A stretch of 63,818 nucleotides of DNA, filler included, from Polymyxa betae A26-41 (Eukaryota; Protista; Endomyxa: Phytomyxea): assembly GCA_003693705.1 (NCBI GenBank). It is 7 parts of 7 records of this genome, joined end to end, with 100 filler letters (N's around TTAATTAATTAA, not from the genome) between each part and the next. Parts side by side here need not be neighbours in the genome. Positions count along the whole stretch, not along the records: positions 45,684 to 54,170 come from RBZT01000828.1; positions 54,271 to 61,313 come from RBZT01000378.1; positions 61,414 to 63,818 come from RBZT01000699.1; 4 more parts are not named here. One strand, 5' to 3'. A model generated the notes under the pieces. The model was not told the DNA's origin and searched no databases. It saw only the letters and a program-made list of their open reading frames with translations. The stretch's first letter is position 1. Each line of letters begins with the position of its first letter. Below are positions 53,312-63,818 of this stretch, piece by piece. Position numbers and translations under genes: made by a program.

Positions 53312-53720
53312 TCGTAAGTAGGATCGTTGCTGCAGAATCTTTTATCAGAAGAGGGGTGGGAGCGGGGTCGTGGGGTGGTCAGCCTGGGGTCACAGGGGGG
53401 ATGAGTCGGCTGCACGTCGTTGGCAGTCACCGCTTCCTTGGTAGGGCGGCGAGGCGACGTGATATCATACTCGATCTCGATGTGAGGACGATCACCCAGG
53501 CGTACTTGCCCATTAAGTGAAACCTTTTCGATAGATGCTCTGCAGATAATTGGAAATACACATGCAGTGATAGACTTGTTGGTCCCTCAATGCCAGCTCG
53601 ATCTGGGTGTGTTCTGACATATTTTGACGGCTGGTAAAGTGATGATGGTGGCGAATGGAAAAATAATTATCTGCAAGTTGTACATTAAAAAACTGTGAAG
53701 CTCGCCCGAAAAAACAAAGA

Positions 53721-53802
53721 AGCCGTCGACGAGATTCGAACTCGCGCGGAAAGAACCCAGCAAATTTCAAGTGTGCCTCCTTGACCACTCGGACACAATG
53801 GC
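53721..53802 (-). tRNA. tRNA-Ser (TGA), imperfect, possibly a pseudogene
   Basis: GTCCGAGTGGTCAAGGAG D arm, CTTGAAA loop, long variable arm, GTTCGAATC; mismatches in acceptor and anticodon stems. Confidence 0.75.
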
Positions 53803-54842
53803 ATTTGCTGATTTGTTAGCCAGAAAGGCAGGGTTGCGCTATCTTGGCCGCCTCCGACGGAAGTGACGTCAACCGCCAAGGCCATCGGAAGTCGGAACTG
53901 ATTGAATCAACGCCTTAGGCTACGATACGATTCTTGTCTTGAAAAATAAAACTTCCACTTCTTTAGTGAACACATTCTGTTGACAACTATTCCTCTCTCG
54001 GTAGAATCCTCGTCGTCTAACAAGAGATATATGTAAGAATAGGTCAGTTGGGAGACCTATGCGTCTATACTATGGACGCCATGGGTTCAATTCTGGGCCA
54101 GGTCTTCATTTTTTACCCATTATCATCCCCATTTAATTCATGGTGGGCCTGTGGGTTTATTTTGATTCATNNNNNNNNNNNNNNNNNNNNNNNNNNNNNN
54201 NNNNNNNNNNNNNNTTAATTAATTAANNNNNNNNNNNNNNNNNNNNNNNNNNNNNNNNNNNNNNNNNNNNCAGCGCGTCACTCTATCTAACAAGTAATTG
54301 GTCCATTCTCTTAGACTGTCTCCTCGAGAAAGTAAAAGTACCTTACGCTCTCACTAACAGCACTTCTGCGCTCTGCTCTGTCGACCATCCCGTTCACCGG
54401 TGGTCTCTTCAGCAGCACGGCCGAAGACCCGGCAACTTGCTGGCGGCGTCCGTGGCCGACCAGCAGCCTTCCAACAGCTCTGTGGGGACGACCACATCCT
54501 CCACGGCTACTGCAGCGCCTCATGTCAGGGCAGACACTATCGGAGGGTCAGAGGCACGAGACGAAGCGAAGTCAATGATTGACAAAATGGTCTAACTGCC
54601 GAGGCCCTAAAGGCGGTGCAACGAATGCACGATACGTTCCGGCTTCGGATCCCAACGCCGGAAGAAATGCTGCCCGGCCGGTATGTGCTGAATATTTGGC
54701 TGACGTATGGACAGCCATTTCATGGCAAGATCCAAAAATTCGATCCTGAACATCAATTTGTTGAAATCCTTTACCACGATGGTACTCGGGATGAGCAAAA
54801 CCTATCGGAGTGTTATCTCGCGTTTCTGGACGACGCGCTCTA

Positions 54843-55218
54843 TGTCATGAACCCGTCACAGTGTCTCCATCTTCGCAGCTGCATATCCCTACTCAGTGAC
54901 TAGATGAATAAAGTTATGTGTTGCAGTCGTCGAACTGAGAGTAGCTCAGTTCGATCAAACTGTTAAGAACCTAGACTGTAATAAAGAATAGGGTCTGAAG
55001 AACGTAAGGGACGATGATGACAAATCAGCTGGAACGAAGGATCAATAGGAAAGAGACAGAGCTACGAGCAGAGGCAAGCGACGCTTAGGTCCAAAACTTG
55101 TGTTGATCGAACTGAGCTACTCTCAGTTCGACGACTGCAACACATAACTTTATTCATCTAGTCACTGAGTAGGGATATGCAGCTGCGAAGATGGAGAAAC
55201 TGTGACGGGTTCATGACA
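54843..55218. mobile_element. Solo LTR (54961-55218, minus) fused to an inverted partial copy (54843-54958)
   Basis: ~116-bp near-perfect inverted repeat starting TGTCATGAACCC; whole unit flanked by CTCTA TSD. Confidence 0.85.
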
Positions 55219-55259
55219 CTCTATACCCGTACGCCCTCAACGACATGACAGATCGCTCC

Positions 55260-58223
55260 TTGACTTGGAGTGATCTCAAGATTCGTCTCCGGATGACCAT
55301 GGTAGCTCATCGCAAAAGCCAAACGTCTTCCAGCTCGGCTTAGCTTCACACCCTACCAAACGCCAGCGGACCGGCAGCAGCAAGGATGCATGTACATTCT
55401 GCAGCAAGAAATGCCACTCCGAGCCCGAATGCCTGATCCGCAAGCAAAACATTGAGGCCTATCTCGGCCAGAAGGCCGAAAAACAGAAATCCAAGGCTAA
55501 TGTTCCAAACAGCAAAGCAAGAAGGATATCAAAAAAGACCAGATCGGGTCATTGATTGAACATATGCTTGATAAACTTTCAATTTTTGACGCGTATCCAA
55601 AAGACTCTATTAGTAGTCTAGGGATTGTAAACCCTCAAAATTCTGGGTGCGACGTTCAACGTATGGTTGATAACGACTGTACATCACATGTCTTCGGAAA
55701 CCGCAGCGCTTTCCCAGACTATCAGACCCTCTTGACAGTAAACATGTAGCAGCTGCTGCAAACTCCGTAGTCACTGTCGCTGGTACCGGCACTGTTTAAT
55801 CTCATTAAACATCAGCCTCATAACTCCAGCTCAATCTGTTTAACTTTACATCAAGTGTATCACATCACTGTTCTCACAAATAATTACTTTTCAGTAACAG
55901 CAGCAGCAGATAACGGAATTATTACTGTCTTCGACGACACTGAGGTTTGGCTCAACACAATGCCAACAACACAGCTTATCGCTATCGCAAAAGAAGTGGA
56001 GACCTCTCTTACTTAACTGGCTATACAATAAATATCAACATTATTGCAAAACTACATTCCCTATCCTTGTCCAATAAGGTTTCCACGACTACATGTCACG
56101 CTCGTTTGAGACATATCAGTACAGAGCGACTGCAAGGAAAATTGCAGTAGGAATGAAGCTTAACAAGGTTCAGCTATCTTTCTGTTCATCCTGCATTCAC
56201 GGAGAAGGAACTCGAACTCCTTTCCTAACCTCCCAAAAGCTATTCAACTTGATGTTGATGTCAAGTGATGGTTTGCGGAATGAACTGGTTTATTGGGATG
56301 AACCTTCTTAAATACAATTTACAGACTCCGCGTTGACGAGTCTGTAAAGCGTTTCACAGGTAAGAGGTTTACGAAACCAGTTGGCTGAAATGGGAATTGA
56401 TGATTGAGAACTGCGTTGAGAGCGTCATACAGTGGCGTGGCCTCCAGGCTATACTCCTACACCCCCCTTCGTCACTGTATGTGAATCTTGGAGTCCGAAT
56501 AATGTTCTGCATAACTTCAGCTTGGCAGAAGGAACCGCTTTCGTAAGAGCGTCAGCAGCCATCTGCTCTGTTGGATAATATTTGATGCGGATTGATCCTT
56601 GCTCCACATGATCGCGGATGTGGTGGTACTTTATGTCGATGTGATTGTATCGCTTATCTGCTCTTCGATGTTTTGTTAAAGATACATCCCTGATTGTCTT
56701 CATATATGGTGATCGGCTCGGAGTTTTGAAAGCCCAATTCTGTGAGCATGTTTCGGAGCCAGACTGCATCTCGTGCTGCTTCAGACAGGGAGACGTATTC
56801 GGCTTCTGTAGTCGAACAGGCCACTAATGATTGTTTGAAGCTTCTCCGAAGGATTGCAGCAGAACCGAGCTTGAATACGTATCCAGAAGTTGGTCGTCTG
56901 GTTTTTGGATCATTTGCCCAGTGACTATCTGCGTAGCCCTCTAGTCTGTAGCATGCTATCGGCAGAAGAATCTCAACCGATTTATGCGTGCCACTGCTTC
57001 TGACGGTGAGCGCTATATGATCAAATTGGATCAGTATACCGATCATGCGGAAACTTACATTATTATAGAAAAATCTCAGGCATTTGCTTGCTTCAAACAG
57101 TCTCGTAAACGTGCGCAAAGCCAGCACAAAGCAAAAATACGTATTCTACGCATAGATGGAGGGGGCGAATTCAGCTCAAATGAGTTATTAAGTTTGTAGG
57201 ATAACAAAGACATTCGCTTAGAGTGTACAATCCATGTAGCTCCAAAGAGAACCTTCAATCGGACCGGTCCATTTTCGATCGCGACATGGCTCGATGCATG
57301 TCGCACTTCTCAAGGACACCACGAATGTTCTGGCGCGAAGCTGTACACTTTGCGACATACGTCCAAAACATTAGCCCTACCAATGCGCTTAATAAACAAA
57401 CACCTTACAAGTTCGAGTGCGGACATAAGCCCGACATATAAAAAATGAGAACATTTGGCTGCAAAGCCTATGCAATCATCCCAAAAAATCAATGTCACAA
57501 ACTAAGTGATAGTGCCGTAGAATGCGTATTCTTAGGCCACGCGCACCGGCTCAGGTTATATCTTTACGATAACGCGCGCAAACGATTTTTTAAAAGACGA
57601 AATTTCCGCTTCAACGAGGAGGAATGTCCCTTCCGCGAACTAAATCAATCTGATGATCTGTTCGATTTTCAAACAGAAGATCAATCGGACGAAACATTGC
57701 CCATTATGATCAGTCCGAAAGGATAGATCTTCCTGTCTCGAACAAATTCGAAGATGAGGACGAACAGTCTGACGATTCCTTCATATAAATGGCCCTCGCC
57801 AGGCCTCTCCCGACGGTTCCGCTAGTGAAACCACGACGATAGATATCCCGTCACCAATACAACCTAGTCATCTCACACCGACTTTTGGTGGTTTCGAAGA
57901 GGTACAAGATGACCAGGATTCCGACCGCCAACCCTATATCGCCCTCCAGGCGCTCTACGCGTAAACGGAAACTGCGCAATACAGGATTCTACATTGACAG
58001 CAGCTGCATCAGTTCTGTTATTACAATAAAACGCTCCCACGGTAAAATTCCAATACCGAGCTCCGTAACGGAGGCCCTCAGAAGCCCGCATGCTGGCGAG
58101 TTGAAACAGGCAATAAATTCGGAGCTCACATCGCACGCCGAAAATGGCACCTGGTCACTGGTGGACGCATTTAATAATGACCGGCACATTATAGGATCGA
58201 TAGGGTGCAGTAAACTGCATTGA
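55260..58223 (+). mobile_element. Highly decayed Copia gag-PR-IN and RT start
   Basis: CTFCSKKCHSEPEC knuckle, VDNDCTSHVFGNRSAF, HARLRH..CSSC, RIDGGGEF, RTFGCKAY...CVFLG, ENGTWSLV. Confidence 0.8.
56245..56950 (-). mobile_element. Copia RNase H, PPT and 3' LTR fragment in opposite orientation
   Basis: GYADSHWA..TSGYVF, STTEAEY, HIDIKYH, ADALTK; AAGGGGGG then TGTAGG at 56461. Confidence 0.8.
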
Positions 58224-59036
58224 GCACCACAGTACCGGTACCACGGAATTTCTTAGTGGGTCTCCGTAAATGGATTTTTTCCCAAGTCTCAACATCTTGT
58301 GAAGCGTATCTGGCCAGGTCCAGTACCCTCACGGATGACTCGTTTCTAGGTGATGGTGAATGGTAGCACTGAGTCACTCATGATGGCAATATCTCGCCAC
58401 CGTCCCTCACAACATCTTCATAAAAAAAACGATTTTACAATGCGGTAATCGACTTGAAACTCCGAATCTGTCGTAACCAGAGTACTTGGGCAAACCCCCT
58501 TTCTGTCCCTGACAAGTACGTTACACATCTCTTAATTTTATCCTCTTTTCTCCAGTCAAGAATTCTACGAGATCTAAACTGAGGGGTGTTAGATAAACTA
58601 TATATTCATTCAGAGATCACCCGATCTATCAAGGCTCTCGCTAATCGGCATTTACTTCTTTCTTATCTGAATAAATTGACAGCTCACTTCCCTTTCATTC
58701 TTGTAATTATGACATCAATTCTACTAGCGATCTTGTTCGACTGGTTATGGACGATCACGCCACCAACGCGATCCCAAGCAATCCCGACGCCACCATCGGC
58801 TCGGTGAACGTCGTCCCGATCATCGAAAACGACAACGATGCTCATGAAGACTCAATCAAATGCGAACGAAGTGCGAGAACTCTGGTTGCGGTTACATGAA
58901 GAATTGTTACATATTCCATTGACCTTATGAAATGATTTTTGAAATCCAATTTCTTTTACCCGAGGAATTCCGATTCGATTTAAAAGAAAGTCCGAGATGG
59001 GTACCTGCAAGAAACTGAACTCCAAAGGTTCAATTG

Positions 59037-59172
59037 GGGCGCGTTTGGATGACACGGAAAAACCGGTTTTTGCGCCAAATCCGGTTTTTCATTCATAAAC
59101 CCTAGTCAGAGAAGGATTTAAAAACCGGATTTTGGGGCAAGGCCGGTTTTTCCGTGGCATCCAAACTCGCCC
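59037..59172. mobile_element. 136-bp Harbinger-like MITE
   Basis: 30-bp TIR with 2 mismatches (GGGCGCGTTTGGATGACACGGAAAAACCGG); 3-bp TSD TTG. Confidence 0.85.
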
Positions 59173-59199
59173 TTGGTGTCTAGTCGTACAATACCGTCT

Positions 59200-59689
59200 T
59201 CCCAATTTGGACAAATTCTTTCCAAGGCGAGTTACATTTGTTCTTATTAAAATACTTGCGAAATGTTACTCCTCTGAATTTCCGATAATTTCGTTGCCTT
59301 CTACCTTCATTCGCGTATCTCTCGGGTTATTGTTGAGGCTCTGACAACTTAATCGTCAGCAATGACCTCATATTATCCCACTGGTTCAAATCTATGCAGT
59401 TAGTAATGCGAATCGTCAGATTCGGGAAATGCACCAATTAATTTACATTCTGGATCGCATCCAAGCTCCCCTTTTGATGCAATTTGGTCTAGAGTAACTC
59501 GAATTTTATCTCTGGCAAAACATGCAACGCGATGTTTCCGACGTCCAGCAAAACCCTCATGACCGCGCTAACCGTAACCGTCGCGCTCCACAAGCTCGAT
59601 TCACGTCTGGCGACAATGTTCTATATTCAATACCTTCACAAATTCCGTCAAAAGTTGATGAGCAAATGGCAGGGCCCAGCCCGTGTTAT
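59200..59689 (+). mobile_element. Gypsy integrase C-terminal remnant
   Basis: QKLMSKWQGPARVI (GPY/F), cut by the adjacent Copia LTR. Confidence 0.5.
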
Positions 59690-60970
59690 AATTAGAATCT
59701 GAAGTTGAGCAGAACTTGTAGAAAACTCTGACTGAAACTGAACTAAGATGCTTGAGATAAACTAAAGATGTTCAAAGTTAGAACCAGAATCGAAAGTGTC
59801 TTTTATTTGTCAGTACAAACAGAATCATGTTTGATTGACTCAAGACGAGCCTGTAGAGTTGACTCCACCTAATTCCCCCCTCAACGATACATTGATTCTT
59901 TATGCAGGAAATCATGTTCCGAAACTCCTGGAACTTTGGTGCATTTAAACACTTGGTAAACATATCAGCAAGATTTTGAGAACTTGGAATATAGCTAGAG
60001 ACCAGAACACCGTCACGCACTAATTCCCGAACAAAGCTCTCTCTCAAAGCTATATGCTTCATCTTGGAGTGATTGACTTCACTGGCACTGAAGGCTATTG
60101 AGCTTTGATTGTCCTGATATAGAACAATCGGCATTTGAACCTTGAACCCTAACTCAGCAAGGACATCACGCAACCATACAGCCTCAGCGCCCGCCAGAGA
60201 GGAGGCTATGACTTCAGCTTCACAAGACGACAGGGCAGTCGAAGTCTGTTTCTTGGTTTTGTATGATACATGACAACCGTTCAGCAAGAAAACGTAGCCT
60301 GAAGTCGATCTTCTGGTATCTAAATCACCCGCCCAGTCTGAATCTGAAAACCCTTGTAGTTGAAACCCCGCTTTATCGGATGTACGAAACAGAAGTCCAT
60401 AGTCAGATGTTCCGCATTGATATCGAAAAATCCGTTTCAAAGCAACGTAATGTGCTGGGCCAGGATTTTGCACATAGCGAGAGACTTCGCTGACAGCATA
60501 AGCTATGTCCGGACGTGTGTGTAAAAGCCAGATAAGATGCCCAACAGCAGCACGGTAATCAATTGTATGGGCAAGTACTTTAACCAATTCTTTTCCTGCT
60601 TCGGTTTTTGCAAACATATTTTTAGTCAGTTTAACGGATGAGTTGAACGGTGTCGGTTGAGGGCGAGATTGATGCATTTTGTATGCTTCGAGGATTTCTT
60701 TCGTATATTTTTCTTGTTCCAGAAATATAGATCCATCGACATGTTTATGAATTCCGATTCCCAAGCACGACTGCAGTGACCCCAGGTCAGACATTTTAAA
60801 TCTCCGTTTCAATGCTCGTTTCAGTTCATATACCATTTCTGGATGTCCAATGATAGGAAGATCATCCACGTAGACACCCACGAGGCAAAACCGGTGTCAT
60901 ATTCTCTCATTCCATTCGTTACCAAGTACTTCCTTTATTTCACTTTCCTTTTACATTTTCTTAGGACGAT
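59690..60970 (-). mobile_element. Copia RT-RNase H with PPT and a putative 185-bp 3' LTR (59690-59874)
   Basis: YVDD, TRPDIAYAV, FSDSDWAGD, KHIALR, ADMFTK; GAGGGGGG then AATTAG...CTAATT. Confidence 0.88.
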
Positions 60971-61413
60971 NNNNNNNNNNNNNNNNNNNNNNNNNNNNNN
61001 NNNNNNNNNNNNNNNNNNNNNNNNNNNNNNNNNNNNNNNNNNNNNNNNGACCCGACTATCGCCACCTTTTGAGTAGATCTATCTCGGTCTATCGGCTCTG
61101 GCAGCACATTTTTTTCAACAAGAACGATCATGTCTGACACAAACGGAGATCAGGTCCAAGAGGGCTCAAATACTGACGTCCTGCTGGATCCTGAAGCTGC
61201 TATTGAAGAGCTATCCACTCAATATGACTCATTAACGGGCGAATTGGCACGCCTCATGACAACCCGGGGTTCTCGTACTGACCCCGAGCACAAATGAGAT
61301 TCGCGATTCTTTGNNNNNNNNNNNNNNNNNNNNNNNNNNNNNNNNNNNNNNNNNNNNTTAATTAATTAANNNNNNNNNNNNNNNNNNNNNNNNNNNNNNN
61401 NNNNNNNNNNNNN

Positions 61414-63818
61414 CGCGGCCTTAGAAGAGGCGCGGCCTTCCTATAGCTGGGGCACGACATTATCAAACCCCCCCCCCCCCCAAAGCGATATGGGGTTGTG
61501 GGTCTGGAGATGAGTCCAATAATCTGCGATAATTTGGACATCGTTGAAGTGGTGTGCAGGTTCCCAAGAGTCTTCATCTGGGCCTAGATTTTTCCAGCGG
61601 ACTAAGTACCGTCGACGACTGGGCGGGCCGCGATGTGACAAAATCTTGTCGACTACAAATGATAGAGGATCGTGCTTCGGGTCGCGCGACACGAGTTTCA
61701 AATGTGACGGAGCTACCTGGCGATGAAACAGAGTCTGGTCGTGATCTAACAACTGATAGCTACCACCTTTTGTGCGACGTAATACCTTAAAAGGTCCTTC
61801 ATAGTACGGGCGGTTCTTACTAGAACGTGTGGGGTCGATGGCCATAACATAAGAACCTGCGGGAAACGGTTCCTTCAAGATGCGACGAGTTTTTGCGAAA
61901 GAGACTATGGCCCGAGAGGCTGCGCCCGATTCGCGTTCAGAAATAGCAGGAAATAAGATTTGAGAAAACCATCTAAGACGATCTTTTACAACGTTGAAAT
62001 CTAACGATGGCGAAGAGATATTATCAGCCGAATAGTCGTTGAAAGGGTTGAGTTTTCTGCCGAACATTACTCAAAACGGGGCTGATGCATGTATCGACGC
62101 CACCTTGGCGTTCATAAATAATTGTACTGCTTGGACGTGCCGGTCCCACTGTCGATCCTCATTTTCCAGAAATTTCCTAATAGCACGACATGCAGTCTGT
62201 ACAGTGCGTTCGGCTAAACCGTTCGCGCGAGGGTGATATTTAGTTGTGAGACGGTGATCAATCCCGACCTCCTTTGTCATAAGCTGAACGAGCTGGTTGA
62301 CAAACTCTGATCCATTATCTGACTGTATAATCCGTGGGAATCCGAAGTCACAAAGTATCATGAACAGAGCCTTCGCAACGGGGACCGCGGATTTATCCGG
62401 TAGAGCACGCAAGAAACAAAATCTCGTATGTACACATATCACTATAAGAAGCACGTTATTACCTAATTCCGAAGTCGGGAACGATAATGCTGTGTCAATT
62501 GCGAAGTGATCCATGGGATGATCTGCAGTGACAGGGGTTAGAGGATAAAATCCCTGACGTACGATTGTGTATCGTTGGCAAGGCACACAACGACGGAGGG
62601 CCTCCTCAACGTCCTTACGCATCGATGGCCATATATTGCCATCATTACGAAGACGAATTAAAGTTGCTTTCACCCCGAAATGCCCATGGAAATGCGCATT
62701 CTCGATGGCTTCCTGACGCTTATCAATAGGCAAGATGACTGCTTCTGAAATTGGTTCGATAGAGTGCGTGGATGACGTCGATGTCTGCGACACAACAGGA
62801 AATAAACGAGACAACGTATCAGGAAGAACATTTAAAACTCCTGGTCGATGGATGATTTCAAAATCGTAGGAGAGAATTACATCTATCCAGTTGACCATAA
62901 GTGGTGAGGGATCCTTCTGCGAAAAAAGAAATGATAATGCCCTATGGTCCGAAAATAGAGTGAAGTGACGGCCCCAAACAAAATAATGGAATCGCTTCAG
63001 TGCATAAACAACAGCTAACAACTCTTTTTTGGAAGCAGAATAATTGCGTTCCGAAACATGCAGAGAGCGTGCTGCGAAAAGGTTATAACGTCGATTGACA
63101 GACTTGTCATCCGAAGATTCATCGATAAGTTGATACAAGGCTGCGCCAATGCCAACATCCGAGGCGTCAGTGGCAACCCGGAATTTCCGTCCAAAGTCCG
63201 GAAAGTGTAAAAACATGCCATGACGGAGTATGTCCTTCAGTCGTTGGAATGACTGTCGGCGCTCATCCGTCCAATCGGTGTCACCGATATGGGCGAGCTT
63301 ACGCATAGACTCCAACGGCTCGGCGACTGTTGAATAACACGGGATGAAGTCCCTGAAATAATTAATTAATCCAAGGTATCGCTCAATCTGGTTACCAGTA
63401 GTTGGTAGAGGCCAATTCTCGACGTCAACTAATTTGCGGCGGTCCACGGAGATACCGTCCTTGGTGAAAGTATGGCCCAGCAAATATAATGCCGGTCGAA
63501 AGAAATGAGATTTTGAAATGTTGATACGAAGATTTGCGGCAGTCAGCCGATCGAGAGTGTCGATCAAATACTCTAAATGAGAATCTGGGCTATTTGATCC
63601 GATTGGAATGTCGTCCAGAAAGGGTGTAGCACAGGTGGAGCCATCCAAAACGCGTTTCATTGTTCGCTGTAACACGGAAGATGTAGGAGTCAGACCAAAT
63701 GGTGTGCCAACAAACATTAAGTGTCTTCCCTGCCATGAAAATGACAATTTTTGGCGGTGGGGCTCATAAACCGGGAGCTGCAAGAAACTTTGTTCGAGAT
63801 CGATTGCGCTGAAAATAC
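61414..63818 (-). mobile_element. Ty3/Gypsy chromovirus pol (RT-RNase H-IN-chromodomain), PPT and 3' LTR start
   Basis: TPFGL, FLDD, TDASDVGIGA, HGHFG..CVPC, SDNGSEF, NGLAER, YEGPFKV, YLVRWKN..DSWEP; one in-frame TGA at 62071-62073; poly-G PPT. Confidence 0.95.

Overview
Eukaryotic, transposon-rich nuclear DNA from several contigs. Six joins are artificial N-TTAATTAATTAA-N spacers and one is a plain N gap, so neighbourhood across them is not real. Short GT-AG introns (many about 50 nt) and scattered TT(T)AGGG doublets suggest a protist, possibly a plasmodiophorid/Phytomyxea (inference only). Most of the window is nested, decayed Ty1/Copia and Ty3/Gypsy LTR elements, MULE and LINE remnants, and PIF/Harbinger MITEs. 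Host genes recoverable by manual splicing are a 7-exon signal-peptide protein with two P-loop GTPase-like domains, an M6 (InhA-like) metalloprotease, a type I membrane protein, a protein with a three-fold repeated Cys/His/Trp motif, an 8-exon secreted protein resembling a prokaryotic family, a DOMON-cytochrome b561 protein, tRNA-Ile(AAT) and an imperfect tRNA-Ser(TGA). The most unusual items are (1) a TSD-flanked LTR element joining Gypsy-type gag-protease to Copia-type RT-RNase H with a half-tRNA primer site and non-TG..CA ends, and (2) the secreted tandem-GTPase gene, whose six introns are all phase 2.
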